Notes under the pieces: model-generated
Database searches by the model: none
Told to the model about the DNA's origin: nothing
The model's input: the letters and a program-made list of their open reading frames with translations, nothing else
Part shown: in pieces, positions 1 to 10,187 of the stretch
How positions within the stretch are numbered: position 1 is the stretch's first letter
Layout: each line of letters begins with the position of its first letter
IMG/VR virus record: IMGVR_UViG_3300045596_000061
Span: 32,565 to 96,564 of that record
Length of the DNA: 64,000 bases
Reading direction: 5' to 3' (one strand)
Origin: a virus
Lineage: Duplodnaviria; Caudoviricetes
Translations under genes and position numbers: made by a program

Positions 1-3000
1 GATTCTGTAAGACCAGGAAGAACTTTTTGCTTGTAATTAACTTCTTTATCAGTATCCTGTGATACACTATAGTTAAGAGCCATTACTGCATGTATATTGG
101 ATTTATATTTTATTGATACTGGGTCTACTCCAACATATGTTTTATTATCAACTCTCTTATCTGTTAGTCTTGAGAAGTTTGCAGTAAAAATATCATGAGA
201 ATTATTATATTCAGAATCAGTTCCTGCTACTACTATAGGATAGCCATCAGCTTTCTCTCCTACTCTTGTAACATTAAGAATCTTATCTATATTACCATAA
301 TAATTAATATCAGGTAATCCTGAGTTTTTTGGTGAAGGAATCCTAACTAATGAAACTTCATCAGAATTAAATATAGATACCCCTGAGATACCAGGAAAAT
401 TATCTTCATCATCTGTTTTCTCTGCTGTCCATATCTTATCAGAATCAAGAAATATAGTCTTATAGGAGTATCTTAATGTAGACTCTTTTTTCTTAGATAG
501 TTTAGCTGTCTTATAACTATTATCTATGTCAGCATCCTTGTTAGTTTTAAAGCTGCCATATTTAGTATTATTAAGAGAACCATCTCTATGCCAAGGATAC
601 ACTGCAAAACCTGTAGATAAATGGTCTGTATTTGAATTTTTATTATCTGTTAATTCATCAAACCAGAAAGCCTCTGTAAGTAAACTCTTATATCCAAATA
701 GAGAATCAGGTGCAGTTACTGAAAAATTATTATTTGCCCCTATACTTTCTTTATAAAATCCTAGTGGATGTTCAGTACTACTATTACTATCATCATTAAA
801 TTTATTAGTAATAGAAGAAGTCTGAATATCCACATCTGAAATAAAGGAAGTAAGAGGTATAATTCCTGTGATTCTTAATTTTAACTTAGTAGTATTGATA
901 TTCTGAATCTGACTGTCAAACTCTATATCAGGAGAATGAAGAGTTACTATAGACTGGTCAACATAATAATTTTCTGCATTATTAGTAACGAAAGTTCTTC
1001 TGTTCTCTGTGTCTGTAGATATACTGTCATTATGGCTTATATATGGTGTAGGAGGTGGATTGAATATACATTGTATTTCTGCATTCCTATATACATTACT
1101 AGGTATAGGACTATTGTGTCTAAACTCTGCAACAGACCCCATATCTATAGTATCTAAGTCTATTTCTGTTCCATCATTTAATATTATATGTCTATCATTA
1201 GTAAGTACTTCACCTGCTGAATATTCAGAATATAAACCAGCAGCATTATTACTGTTTGTTATTGGCTGATAATCACTGTTTACTGACTGTGGCTCAAATT
1301 CTTCTATAGGAGCTACAGCAGTAACAGTTATATCACTTGTGTTAGCACCAACACCCTTTATTACAGTTCCTGTACTTGAGCCATTAGGTGCATAGGGAGG
1401 AGGAGGATATAAACTATTATCTAGATTATTCTTTTCATAAATAAACCAGTAGCTTTCACTAGAATAACATAACATAATTAATGTAACTTCCAATGAAGAG
1501 TTAACTGTTTTAGTAGTTACAGAAAGAGGACATCCATATACTGTGTGCCCATCATCACTCCATGAATATAAAGAAGCTTTTTTAAGCACAGTATCAGAAG
1601 TACTTCCAGCAACACTTCCTGTAATCTGTAATAACCATAAGTTACTTGAATCATTATTTAAATCTCCTGCTTTTATCTTTCTTGCATTAGTATTATAATC
1701 AAAAGGTGCATTAGGTCTTATAAACCAAGAAGATTGAGCAAATGGAGTATTACTATATCTATCTGAAACATTATATACTGTAGGACATAACATGCCTTGA
1801 CATACACACTCTCTTTCACTGTAAGAAGGATAAACCATTACTGGTCTTACTCTTCTATAACCAAGATTATAAATAGATTGAAGAATGTCCTCATTATCAA
1901 GTTTAACTATACCTACGGGAAAATATACTGGTTGTGTATTATAATAGTTACCTGTATAAATATGTGCAGTATTTTCTTTATCTCCTATATATATAGCTTC
2001 TGACCATTTTCCTGTTTTATATTGAAACTGAACACCAAATCTATACCACTCAAGATATTTAAAAGTAGTAATTTCTTGTGAATTACCACTAAGTTGATTC
2101 TTATAGGGATAATATCCTGTAGCATCCGGTAAATCAACAGATTTATAAAAAGAGCCTTCTACACCATTAAGATTAGCGGTTGTAAATAATATTCTACGTC
2201 CTCTAAAAGAAGATTTATAATCATTAAGACTTCTCTCATTTATAGTATAATCTCCTAAAAATAAGGTATTATCTTTTTGTGTAAGAGTTCCTGCTGTTAT
2301 ATCTTCTCCTCCTACATACAATAACTCTGTAGGATCTATAGTATCACCTGAAGTTCCTGTATCAGTATAATTTATTATATTATATGTAGCACTTTTAAGT
2401 TTCATTTGACCACTGTTAACAGATACATTATAACCAGAGTAAATTCCTGAATGCCCTGGTGAAGGAAGTGTTACTCTAAAGGTAATTCCCTGCTTATCAA
2501 ATAAAATAATTCTTCCATCATCAAGTTTTACTCCCTTATAGTCAGTGGTGCTTCCCTCAAAGTACTTCTCATAAGTTTCTGTAGAAGTTGATGTATTATA
2601 CCACTGTACAAGTTCTTCTGCACTGTTTCTTTTAATAAGATATACATTACTCATATAGGCAGGAACAACATTATATGTAACATCCTTAAAAATATATAAA
2701 GGAGAAGAAATACTCTTGGGTACTTCTATCTCTAAATCAACAACTCTTTTAGTTGTAGCAGCAGCATCAATACTTGTTCTTACTATTGAATAAACCCTTA
2801 CATAGTCAAAGCTATGGTCAGGATTATTTATTGTAATATCAAAACTGTTACTTATTTTTTCCTCAGGGGAACCTCCTCTTGCATTATAAGATATATAATA
2901 TAGAGGAGAAGTGTAGAATATGTTAGTTTCCTGAGCATACTTATTGAAATAAGTAAAGCAGTACTGTATTACACCAGAAGGAAAAGTACCTCCTGTAATA

Positions 3001-3560
3001 GTATTCTTAGTAATAGCTATATCATCTGTAAAATCTATTGTTCTTACAAAGTCAAAGGCAGTGCTGTTCCACTTACTTTTATAGCTGTCAGATGCTTCTA
3101 TATTTATTACTCTTGGCTGATTTATACCATCAACCCAATAGATTTTCTGAAGTTCCTTATTCTCAAAAAAGGAAATAGTTTCTATAGGATTCCTTGCATT
3201 AAAGTTGAGATTTCCTGAAAAAAGTTCAGTACCTGTTAAATTATCAGGATTAGTTGATGGATTGTCAAACCATAATTTATAAATATGGTCACTACCATTA
3301 GAGTCTGATGTAAATAAGCAAATCTTATTATTTAAAGTTCCTAATCCTATAGGAGTACCTTTAATATTTATAATATTTCCTGCATCATTCTTAATTGCAG
3401 CAATCTTATTTCCCTTCTCATTTATAATACTAAGAGAGGTGTTTTCATTAGTAGCCATCACTCTTATATTCTTATTTTCATAAGAATATTCACTATTGAA
3501 TACAGAAGCACTTAAATCTCTCTGCATTCCCTTTGTTATAAACTGTACTTGTTTCTGCAT
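1..3560 (-). CDS. Tail muzzle/stabilization protein, 3' end runs off the window (absent from ORF track)
   Basis: ATG at 3560 (MQKQVQFITKGMQRDLSASVFNSEYSYENKNIR); frame open at every spot checked down to base 1; follows ring protein 1 as in the crAss001 gene order. Confidence 0.8.
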   Translation of the reverse strand, partial: MQKQVQFITKGMQRDLSASVFNSEYSYENKNIRVMATNENTSLSIINEKGNKIAAIKNDAGNIINIKGTPIGLGTLNNKICLFTSDSNGSDHIYKLWFDNPSTNPDNLTGTELFSGNLNFNARNPIETISFFENKELQKIYWVDGINQPRVINIEASDSYKSKWNSTAFDFVRTIDFTDDIAITKNTITGGTFPSGVIQYCFTYFNKYAQETNIFYTSPLYYISYNARGGSPEEKISNSFDITINNPDHSFDYVRVYSIVRTSIDAAATTKRVVDLEIEVPKSISSPLYIFKDVTYNVVPAYMSNVYLIKRNSAEELVQWYNTSTSTETYEKYFEGSTTDYKGVKLDDGRIILFDKQGITFRVTLPSPGHSGIYSGYNVSVNSGQMKLKSATYNIINYTDTGTSGDTIDPTELLYVGGEDITAGTLTQKDNTLFLGDYTINERSLNDYKSSFRGRRILFTTANLNGVEGSFYKSVDLPDATGYYPYKNQLSGNSQEITTFKYLEWYRFGVQFQYKTGKWSEAIYIGDKENTAHIYTGNYYNTQPVYFPVGIVKLDNEDILQSIYNLGYRRVRPVMVYPSYSERECVCQGMLCPTVYNVSDRYSNTPFAQSSWFIRPNAPFDYNTNARKIKAGDLNNDSSNLWLLQITGSVAGSTSDTVLKKASLYSWSDDGHTVYGCPLSVTTKTVNSSLEVTLIMLCYSSESYWFIYEKNNLDNSLYPPPPYAPNGSSTGTVIKGVGANTSDITVTAVAPIEEFEPQSVNSDYQPITNSNNAAGLYSEYSAGEVLTNDRHIILNDGTEIDLDTIDMGSVAEFRHNSPIPSNVYRNAEIQCIFNPPPTPYISHNDSISTDTENRRTFVTNNAENYYVDQSIVTLHSPDIEFDSQIQNINTTKLKLRITGIIPLTSFISDVDIQTSSITNKFNDDSNSSTEHPLGFYKESIGANNNFSVTAPDSLFGYKSLLTEAFWFDELTDNKNSNTDHLSTGFAVYPWHRDGSLNNTKYGSFKTNKDADIDNSYKTAKLSKKKESTLRYSYKTIFLDSDKIWTAEKTDDEDNFPGISGVSIFNSDEVSLVRIPSPKNSGLPDINYYGNIDKILNVTRVGEKADGYPIVVAGTDSEYNNSHDIFTANFSRLTDKRVDNKTYVGVDPVSIKYKSNIHAVMALNYSVSQDTDKEVNYKQKVLPGLTE

Positions 3561-3561
3561 A

Positions 3562-4263
3562 CTATTGAACCCTTATATATTCTCTGTCTCCTAGTCTTTT
3601 AAATCCCTTATCAAAGTCAGTATTTCTCTGAATAAGAGTAGTCCACATCCTTGAAATGCTCTCCATTTCTGAAGTACTTGGTATAGAAAATTCTTCCTGA
3701 CATTGACCTGCTGCCCATGAATATTGCTGTAATGTATTCTGTAATACATTAGCACTTATTTTACCCATATCAAATAATATAGTAAATACCTCTTTCTTTA
3801 TATAAAGCTCAAGAGCTTTAAGAAACACAGGATTATCTATCAGCATAGGAAAACCATCATTATCAACAGGAGTAGCTTTATAGGCAACATTTACTTTTCC
3901 TTCTTTAAAGGAAGTAAATATAATTCTATTCTGAGTTTTAAAAGTTAATTCATCAGGAACTCTGCCTCTATGATTTTTTACTTCTTCAGGATTAAATGAA
4001 TCTGTCATAGACCTAAGGCATATTCCTGTCTTACAGTCTTTAACTTGAATTATAGATACTATATCACATGGAAGTATCCCTCTGAAGTCATAAATATCTA
4101 CCATTTCCTGTTTATCAGTAAACATTTTAGGCATACCGAATATATGAATAAAGTCTATAATATATTGTACTGCCTGTTCTATGTTTACATCCTGTAAAAG
4201 AGGATGCCTTAATACCCTACTAAGTATCTCCTTTATATTTATATAATTATATTCTTCTACCAT
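3562..4263 (-). CDS. Tail ring protein 1 (crAss001 gp43-like)
   Basis: 233 aa; YKATPVDNDGFPMLIDN motif; directly upstream of muzzle. Confidence 0.7.
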   Translation of the reverse strand: MVEEYNYINIKEILSRVLRHPLLQDVNIEQAVQYIIDFIHIFGMPKMFTDKQEMVDIYDFRGILPCDIVSIIQVKDCKTGICLRSMTDSFNPEEVKNHRGRVPDELTFKTQNRIIFTSFKEGKVNVAYKATPVDNDGFPMLIDNPVFLKALELYIKKEVFTILFDMGKISANVLQNTLQQYSWAAGQCQEEFSIPSTSEMESISRMWTTLIQRNTDFDKGFKRLGDREYIRVQ

Positions 4264-4269
4264 ATTAAT

Positions 4270-5154
4270 TTAAGTTTTAGATTTTATTCTTTTGTTATAT
4301 GCTCTTCTTACAGAACTCATGTTATTAAGACTATTACCATAGAATCCTGCATTTGCTTCCATATATCCATGTCTTTTAAGTGCATTAGCAAATGAAAGAC
4401 TGTCTTTAGCACTCAAAGCCCCTGGATATCTTCTACTTAAAAGGCTAAGTTGATTAGAGGCATATTCTTCAGGAGAGTTAAATCTTCTATAACCACTATA
4501 GCCTTTTCCTTTAACTCCACCAAAGTTATTGTTCATAAGAGCCACTTTAGAATTACCATAATTACCCTCAAATGCTGCCTGAGCTACTAAATTATACAGG
4601 GTGGCATTACTTAATGTGATACCCTTTGCTTTAGCTGCATTATCAAAGACATTCATCATATATGAACTCCATGTATCATTGTTATAATTTCTTCTATTGT
4701 ACTTTCCTGTAGTAGTATGTTCAGGCTTTACTTGTACACTTTTATTAACATATGGTATTTGCTCATATTGCTGATTATAATTATACTGTGGAGCATTAGC
4801 TTCATATATAGGTTGGTGTACTTCAGAAGCAGCCTTCATGGATTCTATGAATGCATCTTCAATACTGTCAGAGCTTAATGGTGAAGAAGAAAAATCATCA
4901 TTAGGTGCAACAATATAGTTATCAGGATTTAAAAGATTCTCTGCACTAAGATAGCTATTATCAGATATATATGAGGGTAATTCTGTATTAGGGTTTACAG
5001 AGGTAGGTTCAATAGGATTTTCTCCTATAACAATATTACCTCCGAAAGAATGCTTATTATAAGCATCCCTTACATCCTTAAGAGAGTTAATATTATTCCT
5101 TACACTCTTTTTGATGAAGTCATATTTTTCTTTAATTGATAAACTATTCCACAT
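4270..5154 (-). CDS. Virion-associated GH73/FlgJ-like glucosaminidase with N-terminal cargo-type leader
   Basis: C-terminal AQAAFEGNYG, NNNFGGVKG, YRRFNSPEE and GYME motifs; probable start MWNSLS at 5154 (ORF track start 5175). Confidence 0.75.
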   Translation of the reverse strand: MWNSLSIKEKYDFIKKSVRNNINSLKDVRDAYNKHSFGGNIVIGENPIEPTSVNPNTELPSYISDNSYLSAENLLNPDNYIVAPNDDFSSSPLSSDSIEDAFIESMKAASEVHQPIYEANAPQYNYNQQYEQIPYVNKSVQVKPEHTTTGKYNRRNYNNDTWSSYMMNVFDNAAKAKGITLSNATLYNLVAQAAFEGNYGNSKVALMNNNFGGVKGKGYSGYRRFNSPEEYASNQLSLLSRRYPGALSAKDSLSFANALKRHGYMEANAGFYGNSLNNMSSVRRAYNKRIKSKT

Positions 5155-5698
5155 ACCCATATCTATTAAAAGCATCTACTATAACACCACCTCTAATATT
5201 CTTCTTTAACTCATTCTTTAATTCTCTATTGAATAACAAAATAAAGAAAGATTTATTAGTATAATCAGCTCTATTCTTATTATAGTATAATTTATATATA
5301 TTTTTATCTTCAACTCTTATAAGAGTTTTCTTATTTTTTGCCTCTTTATCCTCATACCATAGCTTAAGAGTTCTATCCCAATCTATAGGAATTGGATAGA
5401 CAATTTTATTATCTACTATAGAAATTCGTGGATTATATTTCCTAAGTTCTATTCTTCCTAATCTACATGGTAATGTAAAATCCTCTCCTTTAGCTATATT
5501 AGAAGCTATAATTGTATTAACTGCTCTTATAATTGAATAAAATTCATGTTCTTTTAAAGGTCTCCCTATATCAAACCATTTATTCTTTCTTATCCACTTA
5601 TAGGAATCATACACACCAAAACTTCTACTACTGGAAGTTTCCCTAGTACTGCTAACTCTTTTTACATCCTTTATAAATTTTTTAAAAGACTCTTCCAT
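5144..5698 (-). CDS. IHF/HU-like DNA-binding protein, conserved in crAss-like phages
   Basis: GEDFTLPCRLGRIELRK and IDWDRTLKLW; position between ring genes. Confidence 0.65.
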   Translation of the reverse strand: MEESFKKFIKDVKRVSSTRETSSSRSFGVYDSYKWIRKNKWFDIGRPLKEHEFYSIIRAVNTIIASNIAKGEDFTLPCRLGRIELRKYNPRISIVDNKIVYPIPIDWDRTLKLWYEDKEAKNKKTLIRVEDKNIYKLYYNKNRADYTNKSFFILLFNRELKNELKKNIRGGVIVDAFNRYGYVE

Positions 5699-5708
5699 AA
5701 TAATTATA

Positions 5709-6434
5709 TTAACTCCCTATCTGTTTCTGAAATTCACTCTTTGTATTTCTTGCTATAAAAGAAGAAAGATTTGATAAATCATCAGAGGCATTATTATCTT
5801 CATCTTTAGGTCTCCATGCAGGTCCTAGTAACTCTTTGACAATCAGCTCTATTACTATAGGAACAAGAGCATTCTCAAGAGGGAACTCTTTATCTAATAT
5901 ATTACATATAGAATCATCAGAGCAGCACAGGTTTAATGCTTCTTCAGCATCTTCAAATATTCCTGTGACTTTTACATTTTCAAGACATAAAAATTGTGGA
6001 TTTGCTGAATTAAAATATAAGTGATTATCTACACCTAAAGATGAATATATTATATTCTGTAAATACTTATTATATCCTACATATCTCATTCTATCTTTTG
6101 TAATATATGCTATATTTCCCTGATAATAATCAATAGGGTATATCATTATATTACCTATATTAATAAGTGAGGGTATCTTTTTTGTGGTTCTTAAATAAGG
6201 TCCTCCCTCACAAGGTTCCCCTGATATAGCATCAACCTTTTCAAGACTAAGACATATAGTCTGATAATTACTTGTAGGTATTTCCTTTTTAATATCACTG
6301 TATTTCTGCTTAAGTAAGAAAGCTCTATACTTATTTAAGAGAAATATTATATGTTCTTCTGTAAAATCAGCATCATCAGAGTACTCTTTTAACTCATCCA
6401 ATACCATATATACAAGTTCTCTATACTTACTCAT
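5709..6434 (-). CDS. Tail ring protein 2 (gp40-like)
   Basis: 241 aa; YQTICLSLEKV, GIFEDA and D..NNASD C-terminus; synteny. Confidence 0.7.
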   Translation of the reverse strand: MSKYRELVYMVLDELKEYSDDADFTEEHIIFLLNKYRAFLLKQKYSDIKKEIPTSNYQTICLSLEKVDAISGEPCEGGPYLRTTKKIPSLINIGNIMIYPIDYYQGNIAYITKDRMRYVGYNKYLQNIIYSSLGVDNHLYFNSANPQFLCLENVKVTGIFEDAEEALNLCCSDDSICNILDKEFPLENALVPIVIELIVKELLGPAWRPKDEDNNASDDLSNLSSFIARNTKSEFQKQIGS

Positions 6435-6462
6435 ACTTTTCTATTTATATTGTATATAAAAA

Positions 6463-6507
6463 ATCCTTTGTGCAAAAATAGAAAAAAAATTCTAATGCAC
6501 AAAGGAT
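6463..6507 (-). promoter_or_regulatory. Bacteroidota-type promoter (TTTG-N19-TATTTTTG) inside a 12-bp inverted repeat followed by a T-run
   Basis: -7 box 6473-6480, -33 box 6500-6503; IR arms atcctttgtgca 6463-6474 / tgcacaaaggat 6496-6507. Confidence 0.6.
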
Positions 6508-6543
6508 ATTAGTAACTTTATATAAAATAGCTAAAGCTATTAT

Positions 6544-6951
6544 TTATAAATTTGGTATATTATCAACTGTTATAGTAGAAGCAACCCCTGGTTTAACCAC
6601 TACAGTATTCTGTATCTCTGTTATTTCTTTATTAACAGATTCTTCTTCAAGATTACAAATCTGATATGCTAAATCAGTAATATCTCCCAAATGTAAATTA
6701 TTCATATCATCTTGTTTTTTATTACAATACTCAGGGTATGGTAGTAGACATGTAGTACCAAAGATACAGTATAATGCTTTCTCTATATCTCTGTAATCAT
6801 CTTCAGTTATTGCTGCATCTACATCTGAATATACAAAGTCAGTAACTGCTATAAAGAAAAGTAGTTTATATACATCATCATAACTTTTATATCCAAATTG
6901 TGATAGTGTAGTAAAGTATCTCTCTATTGCTTTGTATAGAATATTAATCAT
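6544..6951 (-). CDS. Tail hub protein B-like
   Basis: 135 aa; YFTTLSQFGYKSY, ALYCIFGTTCLLPYP; synteny. Confidence 0.55.
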   Translation of the reverse strand: MINILYKAIERYFTTLSQFGYKSYDDVYKLLFFIAVTDFVYSDVDAAITEDDYRDIEKALYCIFGTTCLLPYPEYCNKKQDDMNNLHLGDITDLAYQICNLEEESVNKEITEIQNTVVVKPGVASTITVDNIPNL

Positions 6952-7519
6952 AGCATTTGCAACTATTAGAAGATAAACTATTTCCTATATCCTTAAAAAA
7001 CTTATTGTAATACTTAATACCTTGAGCATAATGTTCTGTATTTATACTAAGCTGCATTGCCTTAAACTTAAGAAACATATCTATAAATTCTTTAGGAATC
7101 TGGCAATTATTTTCAACTTCCCTTATATACTGCATCATAATATTACTAACATTACATGTGCAGAAAGTAACTCCTAAAGTATATATATTATCCATACCAC
7201 AAGGTGTACAGGCAGTAGTATTTCCCTTAACTTTAATATAGACCATAAACATAGTATTACTTATATCTATATTACTGAAATCTGCTTTAGTAAGCTCTAC
7301 TCTGAAATCTTTAAGTAATTTAGTAGAATCTTCAGAATCAGTAATGGTCTGTGTATATATAGGAGTACTGCTTGGACCATTATCCTTATAAGTATCCTGT
7401 GTATCTATAGTAATAGAATCAAGATATATATCTTTATAGAATGTAAGATTCTTTACAGAAATATCAATTATAAGCTTTTTACCATCAGAAGTGACTCTAA
7501 GTTCATTAAAGTGTACCAT
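6944..7519 (-). CDS. Tail hub protein A-like
   Basis: Probable start MVHFNELR at 7519, because the ORF track start lies inside the terminator; CTPCGMD and C-terminal CxC; synteny. Confidence 0.55.
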   Translation of the reverse strand: MVHFNELRVTSDGKKLIIDISVKNLTFYKDIYLDSITIDTQDTYKDNGPSSTPIYTQTITDSEDSTKLLKDFRVELTKADFSNIDISNTMFMVYIKVKGNTTACTPCGMDNIYTLGVTFCTCNVSNIMMQYIREVENNCQIPKEFIDMFLKFKAMQLSINTEHYAQGIKYYNKFFKDIGNSLSSNSCKCYD

Positions 7520-7533
7520 ATTTACTGCATTTA

Positions 7534-7572
7534 TAAAATATAATATGAGGAACATCAGTCCCTCATATTATA
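7534..7572 (-). terminator. Intrinsic terminator after auxiliary capsid gene
   Basis: 12-bp stem tataatatgagg/cctcatattata followed by T-rich tail on the minus strand. Confidence 0.6.
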
Positions 7573-7579
7573 AAATTAT

Positions 7580-8623
7580 TTAATCAGCCCAATTAATAGT
7601 TATATCTGATGAAACAGCCTTAATCTTTTCTATAAGAGTGTCCATTGCACTTGTGCTAGTAGTTAAGGTATTAGCTTCTGTTACCAAAGTAATAGTCTTT
7701 TCAGACTTCTGCACTCCCTCATTACTTCCACTAGTATAATAATGGATATCCATTATATCATACTCCTTAGTAGGGTCTACAAGATACTTTGTAGGTATTG
7801 TGTGAGGCCATCCTACATTTCTATAGATATCTCCTCTTTCACCCATGCAGAAGTATTCAAGGTCTGCAATCTTATGACCATTCTTTATAACTTCTGTAGA
7901 AGTTACATCTGTAGCCTTACCCCAAATTACCTCATCACTATTATAAAGAACACTTGTAGGTACAAGAGTAAAGTAAACAGGAACTTGTTCCTTAATACCT
8001 AATACCCATTCCTGTGCTACTTCTGATATAGTGACATCAGTTGCTGTAGAAGCATCTATAGTAGCTCCAGTACTATCTATAAGAACATTCTTACTGTTAG
8101 CACTATCATATTTAACTCCTGCTACAACCTTACCTGCAATTTCAAACTGAAGAAGAGTTACAAGTTCTCTACTGAAGTTCTTCCACAAGGAAATTGCAAG
8201 CTGCTCATAGAACTGTGCAGCTGTCATGCCTGTATAAGCATGAACAATACCATACTTGAAGTACTGATCCTCATCAGACATTCCTATATACTGTCTGAAA
8301 ACTATTCTAAGAATATAATCCTGTCCTGCTATAGGAAGACCACCATTGACACTAGCATCAAGTCCTACTTTCTGCTTCTTTAGTTTATACTGTTGCTTAG
8401 AACCTCTTTTGCAGGTTATTGTAGAGAAATTATCTATACTAGGTATATTAATAAGATCACTCCTCATTAAATTTTCTACACCCTTATATTTAAAATATAA
8501 GTTTAAATTAGAAGAATCTGCTTTTGCAGCAATAGTTCCTGCTACATCAGTAGTTTTTACATCATCAGCTACTGCTGTAAATACATAGAGCTGTCTTACT
8601 TGATTTGTACTAAATGTTGCCAT
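7580..8623 (-). CDS. Auxiliary capsid protein (gp36-like)
   Basis: MATFSTNQVRQLYV N-terminus; ADLEYFCMGERGDIYR; synteny. Confidence 0.7.
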   Translation of the reverse strand: MATFSTNQVRQLYVFTAVADDVKTTDVAGTIAAKADSSNLNLYFKYKGVENLMRSDLINIPSIDNFSTITCKRGSKQQYKLKKQKVGLDASVNGGLPIAGQDYILRIVFRQYIGMSDEDQYFKYGIVHAYTGMTAAQFYEQLAISLWKNFSRELVTLLQFEIAGKVVAGVKYDSANSKNVLIDSTGATIDASTATDVTISEVAQEWVLGIKEQVPVYFTLVPTSVLYNSDEVIWGKATDVTSTEVIKNGHKIADLEYFCMGERGDIYRNVGWPHTIPTKYLVDPTKEYDIMDIHYYTSGSNEGVQKSEKTITLVTEANTLTTSTSAMDTLIEKIKAVSSDITINWAD

Positions 8624-8647
8624 TTTAATTTAATATTAAATTACACA

Positions 8648-9349
8648 TTATCCTGCACTTGTATGAGTTCTGCTTAGTACAGCAAGTTTTACTGCTTTTT
8701 CTAATATCCCTCTGTGTAATGCAGAATTTAATTTACACTCTGTTTCTTTGCTCACATTATTAATAGAAAGACCATCATTAAGAGTCTGTAATATTATAGG
8801 CTCTGGTCTTTCTATATATCTTACAAGATATGAGCTTATATTATATTTTGAAATTAACTCTACTATATTATCACTTATGTCAAGTCTTAATACTTTATTC
8901 TTATTAGCCTCTCTAAAAGGATTTCTGCTTATTCTCCAATAATCATCCTGTGTTACAGGTATCACTATTACTCTTTCACCATTAAGACATCCTAAAGAAG
9001 TATCATTAAGAACAACAGACTCATAAGTTATAAACCATAGCTTATCTGGTAATTTATAAAATACAGAAGAATCTGATAAACCATTATATCCAGACTCCTT
9101 ATCAGTTATAATATCCGTAATAACTAACTTCTCAAGGTATCTTCTAAGCTCTTCTGTCTTTTCAAATGAATCATTGTAAGGATTCTTTCCATTATATAGT
9201 TCTACTACTATAGACTCCTGTGCCTTTGTAAGAAATACAGATTTTTCATATTCATCAAATGCTGTACTATCCTGTATTCCCAAGTTCTGCTGTTGTAAGT
9301 AGGAACTTAAGAGTGTATCAAACTCATTTGAAAATTCTAAATTAGTCAT
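8648..9349 (-). CDS. Tail ring protein 3
   Basis: Paralog of next gene (EFSNEFD, EYEKSVFLTKAQ, C.L...LH..IL..AV.LA). Confidence 0.7.
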   Translation of the reverse strand: MTNLEFSNEFDTLLSSYLQQQNLGIQDSTAFDEYEKSVFLTKAQESIVVELYNGKNPYNDSFEKTEELRRYLEKLVITDIITDKESGYNGLSDSSVFYKLPDKLWFITYESVVLNDTSLGCLNGERVIVIPVTQDDYWRISRNPFREANKNKVLRLDISDNIVELISKYNISSYLVRYIERPEPIILQTLNDGLSINNVSKETECKLNSALHRGILEKAVKLAVLSRTHTSAG

Positions 9350-9360
9350 ATTAATAAGTA

Positions 9361-10173
9361 TTATCTAGAAGATAGCATTCCTTTATCTGTTTCACTATTT
9401 ACACCTAAGGCAATCTGAGAATTTAAGTCTCCTACATAAGCTGCCTTAGCTAGTTCCACTGCTCTTTGAAGAATCTCATGATGAAGAATAGTATCAAGTT
9501 CACAACTTTGCTCATCAGTTTCTCCATCATCCATAGTGACATCATTACCTAAGTTTTGTAATATAATAGCCCTTGGCTTTCTTATATATCTTATAGTATA
9601 TTGATGAATAATATCTATATTGTTTGCAAGAATTTCTATATGTGTAGAATCCTCTGCATTATTTGCCTTAATTCTCCATGCCTGATTATGAAGAGGATAG
9701 GTAAAAGGTTTTGCCATTAACCTTGCATATTCTCTATATTCTATAGGAATAACAGGAATCATTTTATCACTTATAGATGTACTACCTGAAGAACGTGATA
9801 TTCTCACAAACTCATTAATAATCATCATAATCTTAAGAGGTACTCTTGTAGAGTCTGTACTACTCTTTACTTCTGTTAAATTAAAAACAGTTGCTCTTGA
9901 ATCCAATTCAGGTCTTACAGAAGCATGACCATCCATTGCAGGAGTAAAATTAGCTGTTCTTATTATTGATGAAAAGTCTATTTGTCTTATTTCACTACCA
10001 TCAAAGCCTTCTTGTGACTTATTCAGTTTTGGATTAAAATATGACTTCACTATTTCATCTTGAGCTTTAGTCAAGAATACAGATTTTTCATATTCATTAA
10101 TACCAGGAGCTTGATTACTTGTTATATTATTATATAGAACATCAAACTCATTTGAAAATTCAGAGTTTGTCAT
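9361..10173 (-). CDS. Tail ring protein 4/5
   Basis: MTNSEFSNEFDVLYNNITSNQAPG; paralog of 8648-9349. Confidence 0.7.
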   Translation of the reverse strand: MTNSEFSNEFDVLYNNITSNQAPGINEYEKSVFLTKAQDEIVKSYFNPKLNKSQEGFDGSEIRQIDFSSIIRTANFTPAMDGHASVRPELDSRATVFNLTEVKSSTDSTRVPLKIMMIINEFVRISRSSGSTSISDKMIPVIPIEYREYARLMAKPFTYPLHNQAWRIKANNAEDSTHIEILANNIDIIHQYTIRYIRKPRAIILQNLGNDVTMDDGETDEQSCELDTILHHEILQRAVELAKAAYVGDLNSQIALGVNSETDKGMLSSR

Positions 10174-10187
10174 ATTTTATTTTTTAA

